From Patescibacteria group bacterium (GTDB lineage: Bacteria > Patescibacteriota > Patescibacteriia > Patescibacteriales > UBA12465): a stretch of DNA of 64,000 bases. Numbering within the stretch: position 1 is the stretch's first letter; every line of letters starts with the position of its first letter. Where the stretch lies: positions 691 to 64,690 of the forward strand of contig JBAZTY010000001.1 of the NCBI GenBank assembly GCA_041661685.1, in the 5' to 3' direction. Under the pieces are notes generated by a model that saw nothing but the letters and a program-made list of their open reading frames with translations, was not told where the DNA came from and searched no databases. A program made the position numbers and the translations under genes. Below are positions 41,004 through 50,866 of the stretch, in pieces.

Positions 41004-42296
41004 ATGAAAAAAATAGAACTATTGGCTCCGGCTGGCAATATTATCAAGATGAAAACTGCCTACGCCTATGGCGCTGATGCGGTTTATTTAGGTATTCCGG
41101 ATTTTTCTCTGCGCGTTAGAATCAATGATTTCGGCTTGAAGGAAGTGGGGGCGGCTATCAGGTATGCGCATGATCTGGGAAAAAAAGTCTATGTGACCAT
41201 CAATATCTTCGCGCATAACGAGCATCTGAAAAAATTACCGGCGTATCTCCGGAAATTAAAAGCTATGCAAGCGGATGCGCTCATAATCTCTGATCCGGGG
41301 ATAATCGCCCTCGTGAAGAAGGCCTGGCCGAAAGCGGAAATTCATCTGTCGACGCAAGCGAATTGCACTAATTCGGAAGCCGTGAAGTTCTGGGCGTGGC
41401 AGGGAGTGAAACGGATAATCTTGGGCCGGGAAGTGACTTTGAAAGAAATCAGTGAGATCCATCGCGCCGTTCCCAAAGTCGAATTAGAATATTTCGTCCA
41501 TGGCGCAATGTGCATGGCTTATTCCGGCCGCTGCTTCTTATCTAAACTATTCGTCGATCGAAGCGGCAATCTCGGCGATTGCGCCCAGCCTTGCCGCTGG
41601 AAATATGATGTTAATCGCTATGGTTTAAAGGCAGAAGGCCATTCTGAAGAATTAGAATTAGTAGAAGAGAAGCACGGCGCTTATCTCTTGAATTCTAAAG
41701 ACATGTGTTTGATAAAGTATTTGAAGGAACTGGCGGACGCGGGCATAACGAGCTTCAAGATCGAGGGTCGGGCTAAGAGCGTCTATTATCAAGCGACCGT
41801 CGTGGGCAGCTATCGCCGCGCTCTGACCGCGTTAGAGAAAAAAACTCCAGCCGCTAGATTAAAGAAAGAATTGGACTATCTTTTTTCTGAATTAAATACC
41901 AAGTTGATTCATCGCGGCTATACGGCTGGCTTCTTATTGGGCGGGAAGGCAGACCAGAATATTTCTGATTCACATCAGAAGAGCGCTTGGGAATTCTGCG
42001 GCCAGACTTTGGGCGAGATATCTGTTCAAACCCGCCGCCAGCTAGAAAAATTGAAGCTGGATAATCCGATCGTCTTCCAGGTTCATAACACTATTCATGC
42101 CGGCAGCGAAATAGAGATAATCAGGCCTGGATATGATATAATCAAGATACATCCAAGCGTTATCTGGAACGCTAAAACCGGAGAAGAGATAGAAGAAGCG
42201 CATGGCGGCGGAGGCGGCCAGATTGCGATTATCGGCCTGCCGGAAAACGCCGGACCGGTTCCTCCTTTATCAGTCATAAGAAGATTAGTAAAATAA
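41004..42296 (+). CDS. peptidase U32 family protein
   Basis: IELLAPAGNIIKMKTAYAYGADAVYLG N-terminus and the FVHGAMCMAYSGRCFLS Cys-rich motif typical of U32. Confidence 0.85.
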   Translation: MKKIELLAPAGNIIKMKTAYAYGADAVYLGIPDFSLRVRINDFGLKEVGAAIRYAHDLGKKVYVTINIFAHNEHLKKLPAYLRKLKAMQADALIISDPGIIALVKKAWPKAEIHLSTQANCTNSEAVKFWAWQGVKRIILGREVTLKEISEIHRAVPKVELEYFVHGAMCMAYSGRCFLSKLFVDRSGNLGDCAQPCRWKYDVNRYGLKAEGHSEELELVEEKHGAYLLNSKDMCLIKYLKELADAGITSFKIEGRAKSVYYQATVVGSYRRALTALEKKTPAARLKKELDYLFSELNTKLIHRGYTAGFLLGGKADQNISDSHQKSAWEFCGQTLGEISVQTRRQLEKLKLDNPIVFQVHNTIHAGSEIEIIRPGYDIIKIHPSVIWNAKTGEEIEEAHGGGGGQIAIIGLPENAGPVPPLSVIRRLVK

Positions 42297-42330
42297 TAAG
42301 CCGGTAAAATAATAAAATTGTCTTAAAGAT

Positions 42331-42912
42331 ATGATTTCATTCTTGCGCGGCCGGATCATCAATAAAGGCCTTAATTACGCGATCCTAGAAACGCATGATA
42401 TCGGCTATCAGGTCTTCATGGGAGAGACTTTGCTTAACGACTTGAAAATTGATAAAGAAGTAGAATTATATACTCATCATCAGATCAAGGAAGACGCCAG
42501 CGACCTATACGGCTTCAAGTCCTTGGAAGATTTAGAATTATTCGAACTCTTGCTGACTGTTTCCGGCGTCGGGCCGAAGTCGGCGCTCGGAGTGCTCAGT
42601 ATCGCCACGGCTGGCGACATAAAAGAAGCGATCATCCGCGGTGATGCTAATCTCCTGACCAAGGTTTCCGGTATCGGCAAAAAAACGGCCGAACGTCTAG
42701 TTTTAGAATTAAAGACTAAGATAATGCGTATCGGCGGCGGCTCGACTGCCCTGAATTCCGCCATGTCTTCCGGCAGCGACGAGATAGATGCGCTTATGAC
42801 TCTCGGTTATTCTTTATCGGAAGCGCGTGCGGCTTTGAATCTCGTAGATGCGAACTTAGTCGATAGCGGCGAAAGAGTGAAGGCGGCTTTAAAGAAAATG
42901 AGACAGAAATAA
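42331..42912 (+). CDS. ruvA: Holliday junction DNA helicase subunit RuvA
   Basis: MISFLRGRI..., the helix-hairpin-helix segments LLTVSGVGPKSALGVLS and VSGIGKKTAERLVLELK, and a C-terminal domain III. Confidence 0.9.
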   Translation: MISFLRGRIINKGLNYAILETHDIGYQVFMGETLLNDLKIDKEVELYTHHQIKEDASDLYGFKSLEDLELFELLLTVSGVGPKSALGVLSIATAGDIKEAIIRGDANLLTKVSGIGKKTAERLVLELKTKIMRIGGGSTALNSAMSSGSDEIDALMTLGYSLSEARAALNLVDANLVDSGERVKAALKKMRQK

Positions 42913-42937
42913 TTTAGACGCGTGAATCTATAACCGC

Positions 42938-44137
42938 ATGACGCTAGAAGACATAAATTTTTTTAAGTCCGAAAACGGACGCGAGCTATGGCAGCGATAT
43001 GAATCTTATCAAGAAGAAGATTTGTATCGTTTGTTGTTTAAGAGCGCCGGCGGGCCGGAATATAAGTTTTTGCCTGGGATAGTGACGCTGATAAAATTAA
43101 GGCGCCAAGCCGCGAAAAAGTTTGTGCGCGCCGCGGAGATGCTCTTTACGCCGCTTAATCTGGAACAGTCGACGAGCGAAGCTATTTCTGAACATATTGC
43201 TCGCCGCTTCAAGCCGGAATGGAAAATTGTCGATTTGACCTGCGGTCTCGGCGGCAACCTGATTCCACTGGCGCAGCACTGCCAGTCAGCGGTTGCAGTC
43301 GATAAGTTGGATATTAATATCGCCTGCGCGCAAGCCAATGCCGCCGCTTACGGAGTCGCCAGCAAGATAGAATTTATTATTGGCGATGCCTATGAAAATA
43401 TTAGTTCCGATGCCGACGCCTTTTTCCTTGATCCGGCGCGAGACAGGGAAGGCCAGACGAAAACGCGCTCCTTGGTTAATTCCGAGCCGGCTCTATTAAG
43501 AATACTGCCGGAAATATTCAAGATTACCCATAATGTCGGCGTGAAGATTTCCCCGGCCTTCGATTACAAGGAATTGGAAGCCTTGTCGGAGAAACCGGAG
43601 ATAGAGATTATTGCCGAGGATAATAATTGTAAAGTGGCGATGCTTTGGTTCGGTGAGCTGAGGACTGAAGCCGCGCGTCGAGCAACTATCTTAGTCAAGA
43701 ACGGCGTCTATGAGTTTATTGATTCCAAATCTCGTCCGCTTGTTCCGATAGTTCCAGAACCAGGGAACTTTCTTTATGAACCGAACAAAGCGATTATCAA
43801 AGCTCATCTGATTGAAGATCTGGCCGCTTCTTATGGTCTATCGAAAATCAATCGCCATCTGTCTTTTCTGACTGGCGATGTCCTGGTTGGAGCTGATAAG
43901 CCGGGAATTTTCCGCGTTTTCAAGATCAAGGCTTGTCGCCCCTTCGCACTTAAGGAATTAAAGTCATATTTGAAGGCCGAGGGCATTGAGCGCGTAAATA
44001 TCATGACGAAAAGATTTCCGCTTTTGCCTGAAGAGCTGTATAAGAAATTGAAAGTGAAGGAAGGCGGCGATCTCTTCTTGATCGTGACGGTTTTAAGCGA
44101 CGAAGAACGCTATTATCTGCTGGCTGAACGCGTTTAA
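42938..44137 (+). CDS. class I SAM-dependent methyltransferase with a C-terminal THUMP-like extension (tentative)
   Basis: IVDLTCGLGGNLIPLA (motif I) and AFFLDPAR. The function of the C-terminal half is not resolved by eye. Confidence 0.55.
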   Translation: MTLEDINFFKSENGRELWQRYESYQEEDLYRLLFKSAGGPEYKFLPGIVTLIKLRRQAAKKFVRAAEMLFTPLNLEQSTSEAISEHIARRFKPEWKIVDLTCGLGGNLIPLAQHCQSAVAVDKLDINIACAQANAAAYGVASKIEFIIGDAYENISSDADAFFLDPARDREGQTKTRSLVNSEPALLRILPEIFKITHNVGVKISPAFDYKELEALSEKPEIEIIAEDNNCKVAMLWFGELRTEAARRATILVKNGVYEFIDSKSRPLVPIVPEPGNFLYEPNKAIIKAHLIEDLAASYGLSKINRHLSFLTGDVLVGADKPGIFRVFKIKACRPFALKELKSYLKAEGIERVNIMTKRFPLLPEELYKKLKVKEGGDLFLIVTVLSDEERYYLLAERV

Positions 44138-44205
44138 ATCGCCTTTACAAGAGCCGGTTTTTTGGTTAATATATAAATGATTAAACACTCTTATTTTTCA
44201 TATTT

Positions 44206-45432
44206 ATGCGCCAATCGCAACTTTTTACTAAGACTGTCAAAGAACTGCCTAAAGATGAAGCTAGCTATAATGCGCAAGCGCTTATTCGCGCCGGTTTTGT
44301 CGATAAAGTCGCGGCCGGAGTTTATTCTTATCTGCCTCTAGGCAAGCGCGTTTTGGATAAGATTTGCCGCGTTATCCGCGAAGAGATGGATGCTATCGGC
44401 GGTCAGGAAATATTGATGACCTCTTTAGTTCCGAAAGAAAATTTAGAAGCTTCTAATCGTTGGGCTAATTTCGATGTCTTGTTCCGTTTGACTGGCGGCG
44501 ATAATAAGGAATACGCTCTAGGCGCGACGCACGAAGAGATTGTCTCCCCGCTCGTTAAGAAATTTATTTGTTCTTATAAAGATCTGCCTTTCGGCGTCTA
44601 TCAGATTCAGACGAAGTTCCGTAATGAAAAAAGAGCTAAGGCCGGATTATTGCGCGGCCGCGAATTCTTGATGAAAGATCTTTATTCTTTTCATACCGAT
44701 CAAACTGATCTCGACGCTTATTATGAGAAAGCTATCGAAGCGTATAAGAAGGTCTATCAGCGTCTCGGTTTGGGCGATATTACCTATGTGACCTATGCTT
44801 CCGGTGGAACTTTTTCAAAATATTCCCACGAGTTCCAGACTTTAGCCGAAGCTGGCGAAGACTTGATTTATATCTGCGATAAATGCCATATCGCTATCAA
44901 TAAGGAAATAATTGCCGAACAGGATTCTTGCCCGATTTGCGGCAATAAGAAATTAACAGAAAAGAAAGCGATCGAAGTCGGCAATATCTTCAAGCTCGGT
45001 ACGAAATTTTCGGCGCCTTTCAATATTTCTTACAAGGATAGCGCCGGCAAGGAGAATACTCCGGTAATGGGCTGCTACGGCATGGGGCCTAGTCGAGTCA
45101 TGGGAACAATCGTGGAAACCTATCACGACGATAAGGGAATAGTTTGGCCGGAAAATATCGCGCCGTTCCAGATTCATCTGATATCCTTAAATGAGAATGA
45201 CGCGGCGGCGCGTATTTATGAAGACCTGACTAAGGCCGGCTTTGAAGTCTTGTATGATGATCGCGAAGCATCAGCCGGAGAAAAATTCGCCGATGCCGAT
45301 CTGATTGGCTGCCCATATCGTGTCGTCGTTAGCAAGAAAACTTTGGGTGAAGACAGCGTCGAGTTGAAACGCCGCTCCGAAGATAAAGGCGCCTTAATCA
45401 AGATCAAGGAGCTGGCCTCTAAATTAAAATAG
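44206..45432 (+). CDS. proS: prolyl-tRNA synthetase, bacterial type, lacking the INS editing domain
   Basis: Collinear with E. coli ProRS class II motifs (YQIQTKFRNEKRAKAGLLRGREFLMKD; IEVGNIFKLGTKFS; GCYGMGPSRV). Only 408 aa. A CxxC-X17-CxxC segment (44875-44940) sits where INS would be. Confidence 0.85.
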   Translation: MRQSQLFTKTVKELPKDEASYNAQALIRAGFVDKVAAGVYSYLPLGKRVLDKICRVIREEMDAIGGQEILMTSLVPKENLEASNRWANFDVLFRLTGGDNKEYALGATHEEIVSPLVKKFICSYKDLPFGVYQIQTKFRNEKRAKAGLLRGREFLMKDLYSFHTDQTDLDAYYEKAIEAYKKVYQRLGLGDITYVTYASGGTFSKYSHEFQTLAEAGEDLIYICDKCHIAINKEIIAEQDSCPICGNKKLTEKKAIEVGNIFKLGTKFSAPFNISYKDSAGKENTPVMGCYGMGPSRVMGTIVETYHDDKGIVWPENIAPFQIHLISLNENDAAARIYEDLTKAGFEVLYDDREASAGEKFADADLIGCPYRVVVSKKTLGEDSVELKRRSEDKGALIKIKELASKLK

Positions 45433-45450
45433 CCATCAGCTAAATAACTT

Positions 45451-46491
45451 ATGTTCAATAATCTTCTCGGAAAATTCAGCCATGACTTAGGGATAGACTT
45501 GGGAACCAAGAATACCCTGGTTTATGTCGTTGATAAAGGGTTGGTAATCAATGAACCTAGCGTCGTCGCTATCAATAAACGCACGAATGAAATTCTGGAA
45601 GTCGGCGAGGCAGCCAAGAAGATGGTCGGTAAGACGCCGGGCCATATCGAGGCGATCAAGCCGCTCGTCGAAGGAATTATCTCTGATTTTGAAGTGACGG
45701 AAAAGATGCTCAAGTATTTCATCAATAAGGTTCATACCGAGAATTTTACTTTAATCTCCCGGCCGCGCGTTGTCATCGGCATTCCGCTCGATCTGACTGA
45801 AGTAGAGAAGAAAGCGGTCGAGGATGCCGCTAAGTCTGCCGGCGCTCGTAAAGTTTATTTGATTGAAGAAGCGATGGCGGCCGCTATCGGCGCTCGTTTG
45901 CCCGTAACTGAAGCGACGGCGACTATGGTCGTCGATATCGGCGGCGGCACTACTGAAATCGCCGTCATTTCTCTCGGCGGCGTCGTTACTTGGAAATCTC
46001 TAAAAGCGGCCGGCAATGAATTTGATAACAACATTATTGAATATATCCGCGAAGAGTTTAATATTCTCATCGGGGAACAATTAGCGGAAGCGATCAAGAT
46101 CTCTGTCGGTTCGGCTGTGCCTTTAGAAACGCCGACCGAAATCGAAGTGCGCGGCCGTGATCTTGTCACTGGTTTGCCAAAAGCTTTAATGGTTAGCGAT
46201 AAACAGATTAGGGAAGCGATCAGCCGGACGGTCATCAAGATTATCGACAACATCAAGATGATTCTAGAAACGACTCCGCCGGAATTAGTCTCCGATATTT
46301 ATGAGCGCGGCCTATATCTATCTGGCGGCGGCGCTTTATTGCGCGGTTTGGATAAGGCGATTTCTTTAGCCACCAAGATTCCCGTGAAGATTTCTGACGA
46401 CCCTTTGACTTGCGTCGTGCGCGGCACTGGCATTCTTTTAACTGATAAGGAATTATTAGAAAAAGTCGTCTTACCTTCGAATACTGACTAA
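45451..46491 (+). CDS. mreB: rod-shape determining actin homolog MreB
   Basis: DLGIDLGTKNT, VVDIGGGTTEIAVISLGG and LSGGGALLRGLDK. Confidence 0.9.
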   Translation: MFNNLLGKFSHDLGIDLGTKNTLVYVVDKGLVINEPSVVAINKRTNEILEVGEAAKKMVGKTPGHIEAIKPLVEGIISDFEVTEKMLKYFINKVHTENFTLISRPRVVIGIPLDLTEVEKKAVEDAAKSAGARKVYLIEEAMAAAIGARLPVTEATATMVVDIGGGTTEIAVISLGGVVTWKSLKAAGNEFDNNIIEYIREEFNILIGEQLAEAIKISVGSAVPLETPTEIEVRGRDLVTGLPKALMVSDKQIREAISRTVIKIIDNIKMILETTPPELVSDIYERGLYLSGGGALLRGLDKAISLATKIPVKISDDPLTCVVRGTGILLTDKELLEKVVLPSNTD

Positions 46492-47306
46492 TGCTGACTG
46501 ATATGATCAGGATCAAGAAGAACAATCCGATCGTCCCTGGCCTGATAATAGCCGTCGCGCTGTTTTTTTTGCATATATCAGGATTCTTGCGTCCGTTGGA
46601 AAATTCTTTGTCTTACTTGATAAAGCCGATTGCCGGCCGGTTCTATACGGCCGGTACGGATATCAAGATGGCTTATGACGCTAATAATAATCCGGAAGAT
46701 CCGAACGCGAGAGCCGAGCGCTTAGCCAAGGAAGTAGCCGTGTTGACGGTCGCTAATTCTCGCCGTTTGGAAATAGAGGAAGAGAATCGTAAATTACGAG
46801 AAGCTTTGAAATTCGTTAGTAATAATAGTTCTCGCGTCGTGGTCGCGAGCGTCATCGCTAAAGAAGCGGCCGCTGAAGATAGCCTAGGGCTAGTCATTAA
46901 TCGCGGCGCCAAGGACGGTTTAGTCCCTGGCTTAGCGGTAGTGAGCGAAGAAGGACTCATAGTCGGCAAAGTTTTAGAAACTAAAGATACGACTGCTAAG
47001 ATATGCCTGACGACGAATCCAAGCTGCCAATTAGCGGCGGCGATTCAGAATTCCGATAAGACTCAGGGAATCACCGACGGCGATCTCGGCCTGACGATTA
47101 AGATGAATTATATTCCCCAGTTAGAGAAGATAGCGCCAGGCGATATCGTCATAACTTCAGGCTTAGGCGAGCATATCGCCCGCGGCCTGGTCATCGGCCG
47201 GATCACGCAGGTATTCAACGAGAGCAACGAAGTCTGGCAGGAAGCGATTATCGAACCTTTGGCCGAACTTGATAATCTGACGATAGTTTCTATCCTTATC
47301 CCTTAA
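46491..47306 (+). CDS. mreC: rod-shape determining protein MreC
   Basis: TAATG overlap with mreB. N-terminal TM helix, a coiled coil (LEIEEENRKLREAL), then VINRGAKDGLVPGLAVVSEEGLIVGKV and GDIVITSGLG. Confidence 0.8.
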   Translation: MLTDMIRIKKNNPIVPGLIIAVALFFLHISGFLRPLENSLSYLIKPIAGRFYTAGTDIKMAYDANNNPEDPNARAERLAKEVAVLTVANSRRLEIEEENRKLREALKFVSNNSSRVVVASVIAKEAAAEDSLGLVINRGAKDGLVPGLAVVSEEGLIVGKVLETKDTTAKICLTTNPSCQLAAAIQNSDKTQGITDGDLGLTIKMNYIPQLEKIAPGDIVITSGLGEHIARGLVIGRITQVFNESNEVWQEAIIEPLAELDNLTIVSILIP

Positions 47307-47318
47307 TATTTCGGGAGT

Positions 47319-47852
47319 ATGCTGAAAAAAATCTGGCAGATAGCATTTTTAATTTTACTGCTTTCAGGCGTCGCCATCGTCCAATTTTCTTTTATCTTCT
47401 CGTTACCGTCAGTTTTTAGCCAGATAAATTTGGCCGTAATTACTTTGATCTTCACGCTCTTCTTTTTCGGCTTCCGGTCTTCGCTTTATGCCGCACTCGT
47501 CCTCGGTTTCTGGCTTGATCTATTTTCCTTTTATTTTTTCGGCCTCTATCTTCTGCTTTTCTTGCTGACGGTCATGCTCGCTAATTGGATACTAGAAACC
47601 AGGCTGACTAACCGTTCTTTATATTCTTTTCTGTTGTTAATCCTGATAGCGACGGCCGCTTATGATTTCGCGGCTGCCTTCCTGGTTTATCTGGTTGGCG
47701 CCTCTATCGGATCTTTCTTCTTGTGGAACGGCGCTTTCTGGTCGAATCTCCTTTATCAGATACTTTGGAGCGAATCAGCCGGCTTATTGATGTTCAGCCT
47801 AGCCGGCGCTTTGACGCGCCGCTTCAAGCCGTTCTTCTTAGAGAGAAAATAA
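47319..47852 (+). CDS. mreD: putative MreD
   Basis: 177-aa polytopic membrane protein directly after mreC. The call rests on position and topology only. Confidence 0.5.
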   Translation: MLKKIWQIAFLILLLSGVAIVQFSFIFSLPSVFSQINLAVITLIFTLFFFGFRSSLYAALVLGFWLDLFSFYFFGLYLLLFLLTVMLANWILETRLTNRSLYSFLLLILIATAAYDFAAAFLVYLVGASIGSFFLWNGAFWSNLLYQILWSESAGLLMFSLAGALTRRFKPFFLERK

Positions 47853-47894
47853 TTTTTATCTTAGGAATAATTAATAATATAGCTGTTCATATAT

Positions 47895-48875
47895 ATGTAT
47901 GATTTTATAACTATTGGAGGGACAACGCGCGACATCTCTTTTTTCACCGATCAAGGAGTGCTGATGAAAGACGAAACCGATATCTTGCGCCAAAAATTAT
48001 TGGCGTTCGAGTCGGGCGCGAAGATAAAAGTCGATAAATTCTATTATTCTTACGGCGGAGGCGCGGCTAATGCCGCGGCTTGTCTCGCTAATTTCGGCTT
48101 CAGAACCGCCTGCCTCGCTCCGGTCGGGAGCGACAGGAACGGCCGCTTGATTGTCGAAAACCTGAGGGCACGCCGCGTTGATACTCGCATGATTGAAAGA
48201 ATCAAGAACGAGGAGAGCGGATCATCTTTTATCCTAATCGCTCCGAATGGAGAGCGCATCATCTTTGCTCAGCGCGGCGCTAACAAGAACTTGGCGATAG
48301 ATGAGAAAGATATTTCTTATCTGAAGAACACCAAGGGCATCTATATCGCGTCTCTAGCCGGAGATTGGCCAGGAAATTTGAGAAAGATCTTCTCGGTCGT
48401 CAGCAGCCAGGGACCGAATGTCTTTTGGAATCCGGGCATGACCCAACTTTTAGGCGGAGCGGATAAGATCAGGATGTATCTGAAGAAAACGACCGTTTTG
48501 GCTTGCAATAAAGACGAAGCGCTGGCTTTAGTCATGAACACCGAAGGCTATAAAAATGCCGATCATAAAGTCTTGAATGATACAGAGAGCCTGATCAAGA
48601 TTATCCATAGTTTTGGCGCGAAGATTGTGGTGATAACCTTGGGTAGCGACGGCGTAGTGGTTTTTGACGGACAAAAGGTAATTCAGCATGATATCATCAA
48701 AGAAGAGAAGCGTGTTGATACGACCGGCGTCGGCGATATTTTTAATTCATCGTTTGCCGCTGCCTGGACCCTGTTTAAAGGTGATATCGATAAAGCTCTG
48801 CATCTGAGTTTACAGAATGCCGCCGCTAAGGTCGCTCATATCGGCGCTCAGAACAGCTTGATTAAGATTAATTAA
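47895..48875 (+). CDS. PfkB-family carbohydrate kinase
   Basis: GGGAANAA near the N-terminus and the C-terminal DTTGVGDIFNSSFAAA (PfkB signature 2). Confidence 0.8.
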   Translation: MYDFITIGGTTRDISFFTDQGVLMKDETDILRQKLLAFESGAKIKVDKFYYSYGGGAANAAACLANFGFRTACLAPVGSDRNGRLIVENLRARRVDTRMIERIKNEESGSSFILIAPNGERIIFAQRGANKNLAIDEKDISYLKNTKGIYIASLAGDWPGNLRKIFSVVSSQGPNVFWNPGMTQLLGGADKIRMYLKKTTVLACNKDEALALVMNTEGYKNADHKVLNDTESLIKIIHSFGAKIVVITLGSDGVVVFDGQKVIQHDIIKEEKRVDTTGVGDIFNSSFAAAWTLFKGDIDKALHLSLQNAAAKVAHIGAQNSLIKIN

Positions 48876-48905
48876 TTAATTAAGTCTAGAATAAGGCTAA
48901 TATAT

Positions 48906-49358
48906 ATGATTAAAGGTGTCATTATCAAGAAGATAGAAAAGTACGAAGATAACCGCGGCTGGTTGGCGGAAATTTTCCGCCGCGATGAACTCGCTTTTGA
49001 TATGTCTATGGCTTATGTCAGCCTGACAAGACCGGGCATAATTCGCGGCCCGCACGAGCACGTGAACCAGAGCGACTGTTTCGTCTTTCTCGGTCCGGGT
49101 GCTTTCCGTTTGTATCTCTGGGATCGCCGCGATACCTCAGTAACTAAAGGAGAAGCTTTAGAAATAGAGGTCGGAGAAAATAATCCGACTCTCGTCATTG
49201 TGCCTCCTGGCGTCGTTCATGGTTATAAATGTGTGTCCGATATTCCGGCTCTGAGCCTTAATCTGCCTGATAAATTATATAAAGGCGAAGGAAAGAAAGA
49301 AGAGATTGATGAGATTAGATGGGAAACTAAGGAGGATAGCCCTTACAGAATAAAATAA
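48906..49358 (+). CDS. dTDP-4-dehydrorhamnose 3,5-epimerase-like cupin (short)
   Basis: DNRGWLAEIFR and RGPHEH ... GVVHGY resemble RmlC-family motifs. At 150 aa it is shorter than a typical RmlC. Confidence 0.65.
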   Translation: MIKGVIIKKIEKYEDNRGWLAEIFRRDELAFDMSMAYVSLTRPGIIRGPHEHVNQSDCFVFLGPGAFRLYLWDRRDTSVTKGEALEIEVGENNPTLVIVPPGVVHGYKCVSDIPALSLNLPDKLYKGEGKKEEIDEIRWETKEDSPYRIK

Positions 49359-49366
49359 CTATAAAT

Positions 49367-50329
49367 ATGAAATTATTAGTCACCGGCGGCGCTGGCTTTA
49401 TCGGTTCTAACTTCATCCATTATTGGTTAAAGAATAATCCAGAAGACAGTCTCGTCAATTTGGATGCTCTGACTTATGCCGGCAATCTGGATAGCCTCAA
49501 GGATATTGAAACCAATCCTAATTATAAATTCGTCAAAGGCGATATCTGTGATGCGGCGCTGGTTAATGATCTGGTCAAGGGGATAGATGTTATCGTTCAT
49601 TTTGCGGCGGAAAGCCATGTTGATCGTTCGATCAAGAATAGCGCCGATTTTATCCATACTAATGTGGAGGGGACGCGCGTGCTATTAGAGGCCGCGAAAA
49701 ATAATGGCAATATCCGTTTCCATCATATTTCGACTGATGAAGTCTTCGGCGCCTTGGAATTCGGCGCGCCGAAATTCAATGAAAAGACTCCTTATGATCC
49801 GCGCTCCCCTTACAGTGCCTCTAAGGCCGGATCGGATCACCTGGTTCGTGCTTATTATCATACTTATAAGCTGCCGATTACTATTTCAAATTGCTCCAAT
49901 AATTATGGCCCGTATCAATATCCGGAAAAGCTCATCCCGCTTTTTATCACTAATCTAATGGAAGGGAAGAAAGTTCCGGTTTACGGTGCTGGGGCGAACG
50001 TGCGCGATTGGATCCATGTCGATGATCATAATCGCGGCGTTGAGATGATAATTAAGCAGGGGCGCAGCGGCGAAACTTATTGCTTGGGAGGAGATAACGA
50101 GAAGACTAACCTGGAAATAACTAAGCTTATTCTCAAATTGATGGATAAAGATGAGGAGATGGTGGAATATGTGCCTGACCGTCTCGGTCACGACCTTAGA
50201 TACGCCATAGATTTTTCTAAAGCGAAGAAAGAATTAGGCTGGGAGCCGCTCCAATCATTCGAGGAAGGCTTGCGCGCGACCGTGGAGTGGTATAAGGTGA
50301 ATGTTGCTTGGTGGCAGAGACTAAAATAA
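49367..50329 (+). CDS. rfbB: dTDP-glucose 4,6-dehydratase
   Basis: LLVTGGAGFIGSNF, HISTDEVFG, YSASKAGSDHL (YxxxK), NCSNNYGPYQYPEKLIP. Confidence 0.9.
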   Translation: MKLLVTGGAGFIGSNFIHYWLKNNPEDSLVNLDALTYAGNLDSLKDIETNPNYKFVKGDICDAALVNDLVKGIDVIVHFAAESHVDRSIKNSADFIHTNVEGTRVLLEAAKNNGNIRFHHISTDEVFGALEFGAPKFNEKTPYDPRSPYSASKAGSDHLVRAYYHTYKLPITISNCSNNYGPYQYPEKLIPLFITNLMEGKKVPVYGAGANVRDWIHVDDHNRGVEMIIKQGRSGETYCLGGDNEKTNLEITKLILKLMDKDEEMVEYVPDRLGHDLRYAIDFSKAKKELGWEPLQSFEEGLRATVEWYKVNVAWWQRLK

Positions 50330-50371
50330 TCATTTACGGATAGCGGATTAACGTCTATCCCTGATAAAAAT

Positions 50372-50788
50372 ATGGAAAACAAAAAAATATTCATCATCGA
50401 AGATGACGCCAATATCCTGTATGGGCTAGAATCGCAATTTTCTGCTGATGAATTCGAAGTGGGAACGGCAACCGGCGATGAAGAAATTGAGGAATTGATG
50501 GAGGAACTTCGGGATTTTGAACCGGATTTTATTATTCTTGATCTGATATTGCCCAAGATCGACGGTTTCGAGATCGTCAAGAGATTAAAGTCTGATGATG
50601 AGCTTAATGATAAGCAGATTTTTATTTTCACCGATCTGAGCGACGAGGATAGCCGCCAGCGCAGTTTGCAGCTGGGCGCTGATTATGTTTTTTTTAAGGA
50701 AGAGTTTGATACTTTTGAATTTGTCGAGAAAGTCAAGCGTATTGTCGCTGTCCAGGAAAAGACTGTCGATCGCGATTACGAAGAATAG
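50372..50788 (+). CDS. single-domain response regulator (receiver only)
   Basis: IIEDD acidic pocket, phospho-acceptor context FIILDLILPKIDG, conserved T (FIFTDLS) and K (YVFFKEE). No output domain. Confidence 0.8.
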   Translation: MENKKIFIIEDDANILYGLESQFSADEFEVGTATGDEEIEELMEELRDFEPDFIILDLILPKIDGFEIVKRLKSDDELNDKQIFIFTDLSDEDSRQRSLQLGADYVFFKEEFDTFEFVEKVKRIVAVQEKTVDRDYEE

Positions 50789-50814
50789 GCGTCTATCCGC
50801 CAGTTTCCGCTAGT

Positions 50815-50843
50815 TTGACTAATACCCCCAAAAATACTAAGAT
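50815..50843 (+). promoter_or_regulatory. sigma70-like promoter for the second mreB
   Basis: TTGACT (50815-50820), a 17-nt spacer, then TAAGAT (50838-50843). Confidence 0.5.
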
Positions 50844-50866
50844 AGATTAGTGTTATATTTTTGCGT

